From positions 3,720,001 to 3,784,000 of the forward strand of contig OX597820.1 in the NCBI GenBank assembly GCA_951406725.2: a stretch of 64,000 nt of DNA. The letters are read 5' to 3'. This DNA comes from Octopus vulgaris (lineage: Eukaryota). The notes under the pieces are model-generated. The model made no database searches, was not told where the DNA came from, and saw only the letters and a list, made by a program, of their open reading frames with translations. Shown one piece after another: positions 11,396 through 22,998 of this stretch. Each line of letters begins with the position of its first letter. The first letter of the stretch is position 1. Position numbers and translations under genes: made by a program.

Positions 11396-12799
11396 AACAT
11401 CATCATCATCATCGTTTAACATCTGCCTGCCATGCTGGCATGGGTTGGACGGTTTAACTGAGGACTGGTGAGCCAGAGGCTACACCAGGCTTCAATCTTG
11501 ATTTGGCAGAGTTTCTACAGCTGGATGTCCTTCCTAACGCCAACTACTCTGAGAGTGTAGCGGGTGCTTTTACGTGTCACCGGCACAAGGGCCAGTCAGG
11601 CGATCCTGGCAACGACCATGCTCAAAAGGTGTTTTTATGTGCTACCTGCACAGCAGCCAGTCTGACGGCACTGGCAACGACCACGTTCGAATGTTGTTTT
11701 TCATGTGCCGGTAAGGCAATGCTGGCAACGATCTTGCTCGAATGGTACTTTTCACATGTCACCAGCATGGGAGCCTATCCGTGGCCCTGGCAACGATCAC
11801 ACTTGGATATGCTTTTAACATTCTACTTTAATAATAGAATAGGGGCTAATACACTTGATGCAGTAAGCCAAAAGAATTTCAATTTTTATTATTTAAAATT
11901 ACATTCATTAATTAGGAGGTGGTATTAAGCTTACAAGAAGATCTTAGCCGAGGCGTGTAGCCTAGTGATTAGGTCCATGGTCATAAGATCAGCAGTCCAG
12001 TTCATGGGTTGGGTGGTGCTTTATGTCCTTGAGCCAGGCACTTCATTTAATTTCACTCCAGTCTGCTCAGCTAAAAAAGAGTTTCCATCTTGGAAGTGCT
12101 GTTGGGTCAAGAGTGAAAGTTTTGTGTCTGACCGTTGCTGCAGAGGAACCTGGAACAATCTGGAAACATGGCACATTGCCATACTGTACTTACTCATGAG
12201 TGGTGGTGGCTGGTTGAGAACAAATCATTAACTAAATGACTAAATTATGATAAGAAAAAAAAAACACAAAAAAGATGAGGAGAGACAACCCCAACCCCAG
12301 ATTTTAATTAATTAGTTATAGAGTAATGTGCTGTTGAGTGCAGTCTTTAGCAGCACAGTTACAACTCCATACATATTCCAACCTTATTATACCTCAACAG
12401 TGAATGTAGCAAAACTCCTAGAATTGAAGGCTCGCAGCTTTAGTTACTAGGATCAGACCACATTTAGATCAGGTGATGTAATCTGAATATGAGCCAATCA
12501 CCCTATATTAAAGAATATTGTATCATGTTCCGGAGTTTCCCATGTAAAAAGGAATTATATAAGCAACAATTCAGGCAAGCACAGCAAGAGTGGCAGAGAG
12601 GTGGCTGAGAACACCCTGTGGATACATTTTTTGTAAATGACCATTGATTATGACCATTGATTCATGCCTTCTGCATGAAAACTTCATAGTAAAGGGAACA
12701 TTTATATACTAGATGCAGATTATTTCCCCTTGCCATTTTTGGCCAGAATTAGTTAATTAAATAATGATTTATTATCAACATTAAGGGTGTAATTTTTTA

Positions 12800-13077
12800 A
12801 ATACCAACCAATCAGAGTAGTGGACACAACAGGGCCCAAGCGGCCGAAGGTTAGCTGTTATCTGCTACGTCCGTATTTGCGTTATATATGTCAGAGAGAG
12901 AGAGAGAGAGAGAGGATTTCACTAAGGGTACGCTACACACGCAAATACACACAGGCGCGCGCGAAGCGTAGTTTTATGTGAATTACAGAAGTAAATGGAC
13001 AAACATCCAAAAGCAACATCTTGGCTCAGTCCCGGTGCATCGTCAGCCACTAATGTGACCCCCTTCAAATATAACAT
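12800..13077 (+). repeat. Near-identical direct copy of 22821-23138 (LTR terminus plus ~140 bp of flank)
   Basis: Base-by-base match apart from (GA)n length and about 6 substitutions. Confidence 0.92.
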
Positions 13078-15015
13078 AAGAATTAGGGAAATATTCTTTG
13101 GGTTTTAAGAACTGATTCTAATAATATTGGTTTCTTTGAGAAAATTTCTGAATGTATTCCTGCGATCATTAAGTGTGTTTTGATGTTTTGATTGCATTTA
13201 ATTAAATATGCTTATCGAAACATTTATAATGTTTGATTTTTTTTTTCATTTTATTGATATTTATTCGTGCATATTTCTTTTTCTTCCATTCTTTTTATTT
13301 TATTTATTTATTTATTTATTTTTTCACAAGAACAAATTGGATTTAATTCACCAGTGTAACCATTAAGCAATATTTAATGTATTAAAATATGATTATCAAA
13401 TTAATTTCTTTTGAGAAAAATCTATTGATCACTTCAACCAAATTGACCATTAAGAGACTTCAAAGATATTCCAAGGGCTCAAAAAGTTCCTTTGTGAAAG
13501 TTCATCTCCTTGAATGTTTAATTCTACCTTTGAAATTTTAATAATTTTCAAGAAAGGAAAGCTGTTATTTCATATACGGTTGGCTGGTGCTCTTGTTGGC
13601 CACCACTGAAACGAATTCTCTCTCTCTCACTCTCTCTTCCCTCCCTCCCCTCTCCTCCCCTCCTCTCGCCCCTCTCTCTGATATTTATTGTGTTTTTAAC
13701 ACAAGTCTATAAGAGACGTTATCTCAGGACAAATACCAGAGCAACTGGCCTATCAACTGTGTATATACATTAAGTATAATACATAGATGTCTATTTTAAG
13801 TAAATAAGGCCTTAATTGCATATACTGGATTTTTTATGTCTGCTTTGTTTTCCTGTTGTCAGAAGGAATCAAACCATTTCTACAAACTTATCTTATTCCT
13901 TAACATGCTTATAAGTTATTCAAAAAGTTTACAATGTTCGTAAATATATGACATTAGTATATAATAATAAACTATGAAAGCAAGCTGGCAGAAGCGTTAG
14001 CATGATAGGCAAAATGCTTAACTGCTTTCATCTGTCTAGGTTCTGAGTTCAAGTTCCAATGGGGTCGACTTTACCATTCATCCTTTCAGGGTCGATAAAA
14101 TAAGTACCAGTTGAGCACTGGGGTTGATATAATCAACTTGCTCCCTTCCTCGACATTGCTGGCCTTGGGCAAAAAATTGAAACCAATATACAGTAATAAA
14201 CTGGACTAATTTCATTTGATTGTACATCACCATCATCATCGTCATTGTTTAACATTCGCTTTCCATGCTGGCATGGGTTGGACAGTTTGACTGAGGGCTG
14301 CCAAGGCAGAGGGCGGCACCAAGCTCCAATCTGATCTGGCAAAGTTTGCACAGCTGGATGCCCTTCCTAATGCCAACCACTCCGAGAGTGTAGTGGGTGC
14401 CTTTAATGTGCCACCAGCAAGAGGGCCAGTCAGGCAGTACTGGCATTGACCACGCTTGAATGGTGCTTTTTACATGTCACTGGCACAAGGGTCAGTCAGG
14501 CGGCACTGGCAATGACCACACTCGAATAGTGCTTTTTATGTGCCACTGGCATGGGACCAGTCAGTCGGCACTGGCAATGACCACGCTTGAATGGTGCTTT
14601 TTACATATCATCAGCACGAGGGCCAGTCAGCCGGCACTGGCATCAACCATGCTCAAATGGTGCTTTTTACGTGCCACTGGCACAGGTGTTTTAATAAAAG
14701 TTTAGAAAAATAAATATACTAAAATAAATCTAGAATAAATATATTAAAATTTCAAAAATATTAAAAATAAATATACTAAAATATATATATATATATATAT
14801 ATTAAAAATATTAAAAATAAATATACTAAAATATATTAAAATTTCAAAAATATTTATAAACAAAATATTTCTCTTATTGAATTGTTTTCTGAAAGATCCC
14901 TTAAGATCAAAAGTATGAGAAGAGAGAAGAGATGACCAGAATGGAATTTAGAAACTTGTTCTTATTATTTGAGGTCCTTTCATAAACGTTGAGGATAAAG
15001 GTGAGTGAACTAAAT

Positions 15016-15300
15016 CAGTGGTTCCCAAACTTTTACAGGGTGCCACCCCCTTGGTTCTATGGCCGAATTCCTTGTGTACACCCTCTCAACTCACCATCAC
15101 AGACATAGACCATTTTCTGCAGCAAATTCAGAACAACACTATTTCACAAATAAAACTTCACCAAATTAATCCTTTATTTTGTTTGTTAGTTTTTTTTTTT
15201 ACCGTTTTGGTCACTCAATTATCGCCCCATTTTTTATTCACCCCCCACTTGATCTTTCCACAGCCCCAGGGGCCAATACCACCCACTTTGGGAACCACTG
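15016..15300. mobile_element. hAT-type MITE with perfect 8-bp TSD
   Basis: AACTAAAT|CAGTGGTTCCCAAA...TTTGGGAACCACTG|AACTAAAT. Confidence 0.9.
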
Positions 15301-15447
15301 AACTAAATAATATAAAGAATACAATTAAGCTTTGCTGACATGACAGCATCCTGGAGTTATGAAACACTTTAGCTCAGCCATTTTGGCTCCACTTATTTCA
15401 CTTTGCTGAATTAATGCTGACTTATTTGACATCAGCTATCTCAATAT

Positions 15448-15489
<42 letters not shown>

Positions 15490-15669
15490 CCTCTCTCTGG
15501 TTATATGAGTGAGCACATTTCTCTTTATGCGTATGAAAGAGAGAAAAATGTTTGTCAATCATACTCAATGAAAAAATTGTAATGTCTCTCTCTCTTTTTG
15601 TCTCCTCTCTCTCTTTCTGTTTCTCTTTCCCCCTCTCTCTTTCTCTTACTCTTTCTATCTGTATACGTA

Positions 15670-15808
15670 TATTTATGCACGTGTGTGTATGTTTATGTGT
15701 TTGTATGTGTCTGTTTATATGTATGCGTGTGTGTGTGCATGTGTGTCTCTATGTGTGTGTGTGTGTGCGCGTGCGTGCGTGCATGTTTAATAAATAGTAA
15801 ATAATATA

Positions 15809-15839
<31 letters not shown>

Positions 15840-16108
15840 CATACATGTATGTATGTATGTGTGTATGTATGTATGTATGTGTGTGTGCATGTATGTATGT
15901 ATGTATGCATGTATGTATGTATGTATATATGTATGTATGTATGTATGTGTGTGTGTATGTATGTATGTATGCATGCATGCATGCATGCATGCATGCATGT
16001 ATGTATGTATGTATGTATGTATGTATGTATGTGTGTGTGTATGTATGTATGTGTGTATGTATGTATGTATGTATGTATGTATGTATGTATGTATGTATGT
16101 ATGTGTGT
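15670..16108. repeat. Compound (TG)n/(TATG)n/(ATGC)n microsatellite
   Basis: Directly visible; explains the YVCM/HTYI ORFs. Confidence 0.95.
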
Positions 16109-16699
16109 TGTTCAATGTAACCAGTTGTTTTTCTAAACCCTCAGCAAAGTTTTGCCACTTGAAGAGGAAAAAATGTTGGAAACATCATCTTAAGGTAAAC
16201 CTAAAAGGTACCAACCACGGAGAATATATTGTTGGCTAAAAACAGCAATCTTCATAAATGCAAATTCTTAAACATCAAGTAAAATCCAGAATCTGAATGA
16301 AACGATGACGGTGATCGGTGACAGCCATTCACATGAAAGCAAAACCCCACAATGTTATTTTCTCCATCTCTCGTGGCATTTGAACTTACCAAACCTTTCC
16401 TGTAATTTTCCTCATACACAAGGCTGTATAGAGCGAGCAAGTCAATAAGGTCACGTTACACGAGTAGCTATTATCTCGACAAATTGTCAAAGAACATTCC
16501 AAGAATTCAACCTGAAACAACTGGCCAGACTAAATTATAAATCTTTTAGATCTAAACACTAGTATCAATCCTGGTTGGGGGTCAATGGAATCATTAGGTC
16601 AACAGATCAAAACGATACCTGCTCTAGTCCTATGAGAATAAATAAAAATAAAACTGTTTATAAAATGCTCAGCATTTTTGTAAAGAACTTCTAACAAAA

Positions 16700-17300
16700 T
16701 GATTCCCGAAAAGACTTCCGCCTGCCCCCCCCCCCCCGCCATTTCTCCCAAATTTATTTATTTTAAAAAAATTCTTTTGTCAAAAAACCCCCGTTTTCGG
16801 ATACGGAGGTTCTGAAAAATTGCCAAAAATCGGCATTGTGAAATTCCCCCCCTTTCCCCTCCAAAATTCTTAAATTTTGACTTTTTTCCCCAACACTAAC
16901 TCTAACCCTAAAAAGCCCTAACCCTAACTCTAACTGTAACTACAGAAATGTCTTGAATTTTTTGTCAGAATCGTTATGTCGTAATTTTCCACATATTTAG
17001 AAAAAAAAATTCTTAAAAAAAATTTTACAAAAATTTTTGGAAATTGTTTTCAAAATCATAATTTCCATATTTTTTCGCATATTTTGACAAAAGAATTCTG
17101 AAAAAAATCAAGGAAATGAGGGTGAGGGTAATTTAAAAATGCCGATTTTTGCCAATTTTATTGCAGATTCGTATTCCCCATAGCCAAAAGTGGGGCGGGG
17201 GTAAAATGTTAAAAAATGGGTGGTTTGGGGGTGGGAATGGGCGGAACTCTTGCCTGATTCCCTACGCATGGCGGTAGCTGGCAACGCCAAAATCATATTG
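16700..17300. mobile_element. Possible non-autonomous DNA/Helitron-like element with subterminal inverted repeats and CCCTAA-like units
   Basis: AAAATTGCCAAAAATCGGCATT (~16817) is inverted at ~17139-17159; degenerate CTAACCCTAA units at ~16895-16940. Confidence 0.4.
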
Positions 17301-17914
17301 ACTTTTGACATAAGCAGAAGACTTACAGATAATATACCAGTTAAATACTGTGACCAGTTAAATCGACAGCAGTATTTGACTAATACATGATTTTATTGAA
17401 ACTTGGAGGGTGAACAACAATTTTGACATCGGTAAGATTTGAACTCGACACTGAAAGGGTCGTAACTAAATATGGCAAAGCATCTTGTCAGACGTTCTGG
17501 CAATTTACGAATTTACAGACGTTCAGCGCACATATTGATTTTGATTTCCAACATGGGTACAAGGCCAGACGATGAAGACCAACACTAGTTCCAGATTGGT
17601 ACTTATTTTATCGACACATACCGAAATCATATTTGCAACAATGATAACAGTAATCGCTTATCAACCTATCCATCTAATTTCCAATAGTACAGAATCGTAC
17701 GTGCTGCTTAACCGTCAGCAACAGAGACTAAAAATAGTAAATTTTTCTCTAAGCTGCCATTACTGAACGACATAAGTTATGGCGAATGAACAAAACTTTC
17801 AGCTCTTTAAAAACTAAAATCTTTTAGTAATCGCATACATACATACATACATACGCACTCATAAATACACTCACACATATATACACAAGTACACACGCAT
17901 CCATCCATCCTCGC

Positions 17915-18071
<157 letters not shown>

Positions 18072-18967
18072 ACAAATGAAAGACAGAAGATGGAATGTAC
18101 GAGAATATATTATTAATCACAACAATTGTTTCAACACATCTAGCAACGACTCCTCTTGTGGGGCACTTAACAACTAGTTCAGGAGTATCCGGTGATGCAG
18201 ACGTATATCGTTGGGTGACAAATAAAAAAAAATCGTTAAAATGACTGTTCCACAATGCAACTTTCTGTTTTGTAGAGAGAAAAACAGCCAGATGGAGGAA
18301 AATTCTTCATATGTATAGAAGATCCAAAAATAAAATTGCAGAAGACAAAAAGAGAAACGAACACTTAATCCAGCGAGAATATCGGTCAAGTTTAACAAAA
18401 TCTCGCTGGATTAAGAGGTTAACAACTGACAGGATCCTAGCTCTTCGTGTACTCATGAAACACAAGCAGAACTTTCGGTAAGAGCTGCTTTTAGCCTGTG
18501 TCTACCTCCATAAGGCGTTCGACTTGGTGAATAGGAATATACGAAGTGTCCTTCCTGAACTGGAGCTTCCTCAACTGATTGAGCTGATAATCACCTTGTA
18601 CAGCGAAACAGTCAGTGTAGTTCGGATTGAGGGCTCGACATATGACTCTTTCCCAGTTAGATCATCAGGGTTGTGTCTTGGCTCCCACTCTGTCCAGAGC
18701 CTGCATGGATTGGATATTAGACCGAATGGTAACTCAATCGAGTTGTGCTGCATTCATTGGCGAAACCAGGATTACAGATTTAGATTTTGCTAACGAAGCA
18801 GTTATTCTTGCTGAGTCTCTGAAAGGAGAACCACTTGACCTTAGAGTCTCTTCTCAAGGCAAAGGTCCAGTCTTCTTGGAGGACTCCACCTCATCTGTCT
18901 CAGTTGTGCGTGAGAATGTCAAAGTCATTGACTGCTCCACTTATTTCGGAAGCAACATTCAAAGCAG

Positions 18968-20689
18968 TGTAGCATAGACAAGGGTGAAATTCCTCTCTCC
19001 CATTTATTATATATACGTGCATTCTAACGTAGCAGGGAACAGCTAGCCTTTGGCTGCTATTTCGATCCCGTTGTGTCCACTAGTCTGATTGGTTTGTATT
19101 GGCGCAATTTGTCTCTTACACGATGGTGCCAACTTGCCGGCGTATAACCAGTCGAAGGCTCTAAATAGAATCACGCGGGACAGCCTGTTTGCAAACCTGT
19201 TTTAGCCAATAGTTCCTTATAAAAACTCAGCTTTTCCTCGTTCCGAGGTCTGGTTCCAGACCTTTTAAGGTCTAGTCACTGACCACGAAGACACAGCCAG
19301 TTCCAGTGACAACGCCAGACGACACCAGTACGACAGCAGCAACGTTGAGACACACCAACTTCGTCCAACAGCATTACGGCAACCTCCTTCGTCGCCACCA
19401 TCATGTCCTTAATGTCGTCGACATCATCTCTCTGCGTACACAGCTCAGCAAGCAATTCAACCAGGTTCCAACAGTTCGCTGTTCGTGAATTATTTCACCA
19501 CAGATCAACAGCGAATATACAACCTGCATGAACAAGTGATCCAGGCAGCAGTAGCATCACAACCACGACTTCACGTACTACATGTACCCGTGACCGGCTC
19601 AGCATCTCAACCACGACTTCACATACGACATGTACCCGTAACCTGCTCAGCATCACAGCCACGACTTCACGTCCTACATGTACCCGTAACCTGCTCAGCA
19701 TCACAGCCACGACTTCACGTACTACATGCACCCGTAACCGGCTCAGCATCACAGTCACGACTTCACGTACTACATGTACCCGTAATCGGCTCAGCATCAC
19801 AACCACGACTTCACGTACTACATGTACCCGTAATCGGCTCAGCATCACAGCCACGACTCCACGTACTACATGTACGCGTAACCGGCTCAGCATCATGGCC
19901 ACGACTTCACGTACGAAATGTACCCGTAACCGGCTCAGCATCACAACCACGACTTCACGTACTACATGTACCCGTAACCGGCTCAGCATCACAGTCACGA
20001 CTTCACGTCCTACATGTACCCGTAACCGGCTCAGCATCACAGTCACGACTTCACGTACTACATGTACCCGTAATCGGCTCAGCATCACAGCCACGACTCC
20101 ACGTACTACATGTACGCGTAACCGGCTCAGCATCATGGCCACGACTTCACGTACGAAATGTACCCGTAACCGGCTCAGCATCACAACCACGACTTCACGT
20201 ACTACATGTACCCGTAACCGGCTCAGCATCACAGTCACGACTTCACGTACTACATGTACCCGTAACCGGCTCAGCATCATGGCCACGACTTCTAGATACA
20301 GTATTTCAACTATCGTGTGCGACTGACTACGGACTGGTAATATTTATCTTCCCGTGTCCATGAACTTGCTTCTCACTTCAATGGCCATAGACACTGTCAC
20401 TGTCTTATCGCCATCCTTAAATGTTCTTAACAGGCACATACACCTATGCATACACACATACATACACTTTGTTCTCATGAGGGCCTGTCTATTATTCTGT
20501 ATTCAAGACGCACACACAGACACACTTGTTAACATATCAATAAATGTTCTCTTAATCATTCTTACTCGGTTGTGTCTCCTTTTCCCTCTGGCATTTATTT
20601 GTTTTGTTCAATTTCTCTTTATTGTAAGATCTGTGTGATGTGGTACAAAAGAGCCATTTTCGTCACATCACATCGTACGATCCTTTACA
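18968..20689 (+). mobile_element. Solo LTR copy 2 (Gypsy-like), 1722 bp, with 4-bp TSD
   Basis: GCAG|TGTAGC...TTTACA|GCAA. Removing the element and one TSD copy restores the RTE reading frame (GSNIQSNISCDSEV). CCAAT boxes at ~19088-19102 and 19206, TATAAAA at 19218, AATAAA at 20539. Confidence 0.85.
19553..20292. repeat. 48-bp CpG-rich minisatellite, about 15 units, with a 240-bp higher-order repeat
   Basis: Unit GTACCCGTAACCGGCTCAGCATCACAGCCACGACTTCACGTACTACAT; the 60-bp lines starting at 19861 and 19921 are identical to those starting at 20101 and 20161. Confidence 0.95.
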
Positions 20690-21292
20690 GCAACATTAGC
20701 TGCGATTCTGAAGTCCTAAAAAGACTTGGACGAGCTGATGCAGTTTTGAATTCATTGGACAAGGATGTTCGGCGCTGCGGGTATCTGAGCACGAGGAGAA
20801 AGGTTCGTGTTTTTAGGCCCCCTGTCGTTTCAATCCTGCTCGATAGTTGTGTAATGTGGACACTGTCCGGAGCCCTTAGGAGCCGCCTGAACTCCTTTGG
20901 TACCAGGACGCTTCATAAGATTATGGATTATCTTGGTTCGATTTCGTATCCAACCAACAACTCTACCCAGAAGCTGAAATGCGTCATGTTACTTGTATGA
21001 TTTGGTCATGTTGTCTGCTTACCATGTTCTCTTCACTGAGGATCCAACCGGGCTGACGGCTCGTGTTGGTCAACCATATGCCACATGGTCACAACAGATG
21101 AGGAGATATCTCGCGGAGATAGGGGGGGGTGGATTGGGATTTTGCTGGACGGGTCGCCCGGAAGGATCCGGGTATATACCGACAAATGGTGAATGCAGCA
21201 TCACTCTGCAACTGCGCATGTCCCCACATTTGACCTGACCTGATGTAAATATATTTCTATATATATATGAGCGAACGAAAGCGCCTCTTTGC

Positions 21293-21427
21293 CAATGGTT
21301 CCCAATCTTTTCACTACCAAGGACCCTTTTTATTGAAATGAGTTTGTCAGCTTAGCATGTTCCCGGACCCCCAGTACTATCTCTTCGGACCACCAGCAAC
21401 CCGCGGACTACAGGTCGGGAACCACTG
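21293..21427. mobile_element. Small hAT-type MITE
   Basis: CAATGGTTCCCAA...TCGGGAACCACTG with degenerate 8-bp TSD CTCTTTGC/CTCTATAC. Confidence 0.7.
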
Positions 21428-21881
21428 CTCTATACGATAGCTTGACCTGCTAGAAACAGCTGTTAAATCTCATTCAATTCACTCCCTCCCGTCTTAGAAA
21501 AGATGGCCACATTGAGTAATGTGGTTTAGGATGCACGGCCTGGAAGAAGGAAAAAAAGGATCGTCACGCGCTAAGCATCTTTGATCACGTGTCCAGTCAA
21601 TTTAAATTTGGGGCTACGGCTAATCAACAACTTTTAATTTACTTTCATTTTTTATTTTTTATCTGTTTCAGTAATTGGACTGCTGCCAGGCTGGAGCACC
21701 GCCTTGAAGGAATTAATCAAACAAATCGATCCCAGGATTTATTTTATTTCGTCTGGAACTTATTCTATCGGTCTCTGTTACCGAATCGCTAAGTTCCAGG
21801 TACGTACACAAACCACCACCGGTTATCAAGCAGTGGATGGGGAAAAACACAAACGCAAACATGCACGCACACGCACGCACG

Positions 21882-22910
21882 CGTAGAACGACCGTGCGAA
21901 AGGAGAGGTGGCGAATGAATGACTCCGTTAAACACCGCTCGGTCCCCTTACAATAAAAGCCAAAACATGGATAAATGAATAAGAGTGTCAGAAATAGAAG
22001 ACGACACAACCGTTAGAAGGTTTAAGGGAAAGATTTCATTTAGATGTTAACATGTGGGTAGCAGAGTGTGTGTACGTGTGTGCATCATAAGTACACATAT
22101 AATAAGAACAAAAATAATAGACAGGCCGTCATGCATACAATAATGTGTATGTGTGTACAAACAAGGGTGTATGCGTGTGAGATAAAATACAGAGCATAGA
22201 AAGTGGTTACAATAGGACGCTAAATGAATGTTCAGACACAAGATGAAGATAGATACCAGTTCATAGTAAGATACACAATAGTTGGAGTTCTGTACAAGAA
22301 GTTGAGGTCACAAGGCAGAACCGGTTACTACACGTGTGGTGTAGAGGTTGTGGAAACTATGCTGTGCCGGGTTACTTGATACAGGAAATTCTCGCAGTTT
22401 GAGCTTGCTGTTAACCATGGTGAAGTATTCACAAACAGTGAGAAGTTAAACCTGGGCGAATGTTAGCGTCGATAAGATGAAGGCGATGGTGGTGGAGGTG
22501 ATGTTAAGATTGAAGGCGACATTAAGATTGAAGGCGACGTTAAGATGAAGGTAACGATGGTGAAGGTCCGGAATACTGCTAGTGTTGTTTGTCGCTGACT
22601 GTCGCTAGAACTGGCTGTGTCGCTGGGTGCTCTGTGGTCAGTGACTAGACGTTAGAAGGTATAGAGCCAAATACACTAGATTCGATGAATCGCTGTGTTT
22701 TATAGCAAATTATTGGCCCCAGCAGAGAATTTAGAAGACTGTGTCACGGGACCTTATCAGAAGGTTGCGATTAGTTGGATTGCACAGTGGCGCGTAATAC
22801 AGCAAGAAGCAAATTGCGCCAATACCAACCAATCAGAGTAGTGAACACAACAGGGCCCAAGCGGCCGAAGGTTAGCTGTTATCTGCTACGTCCGTATTTG
22901 CGTTATATAT

Positions 22911-22979
<69 letters not shown>

Positions 22980-22998
22980 TCACTAAGGGTACGCTACA
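21882..22998 (-). mobile_element. Solo LTR copy 3 (1117 bp) with CACG TSD
   Basis: Reverse complement is colinear with 18968-20689 at both ends. CACG|CGTAG...GCTACA|CACG. TATA at ~22700 and CCAAT at ~22829 are conserved; only ~2 degenerate units of the 48-bp repeat, plus an 18-bp repeat at ~22503-22557. Confidence 0.8.

Larger units (their letters stand above)
18423..21243 (+). mobile_element. 5'-truncated, decayed RTE-clade LINE split by a solo LTR
   Basis: RT motifs TTDRILALRVL, KAFDLVNR, QGCVLAP, LDFAN and YFGS, resuming after the LTR as SNISCDSEVLKRLGRA...RRKVRVF...WTL. 3' tail TGACCTGACCTGA at ~21231-21243. Confidence 0.85.

Noticed and set aside
15552-16239. Long ORFs rich in YVCM/HTYI/poly-I/N (also at 17.8, 27-28.6, 37.3, 49.8-51.5, 55.6 and 57 kb)
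   Set aside because: Translations of stop-free microsatellites.
16895-16940. Interstitial telomere
   Set aside because: Only a few degenerate CCCTAA units, inside a probable repeat element.
18365-18414. 14-bp perfect inverted repeat TTAATCCAGCGAGA as a terminator or miRNA
   Set aside because: Short stem next to a TTAA-type end; most likely a MITE terminus remnant.
19553-20292. CRISPR-like regular array
   Set aside because: Units are contiguous near-identical repeats with no unique spacers; no cas genes; eukaryotic context.
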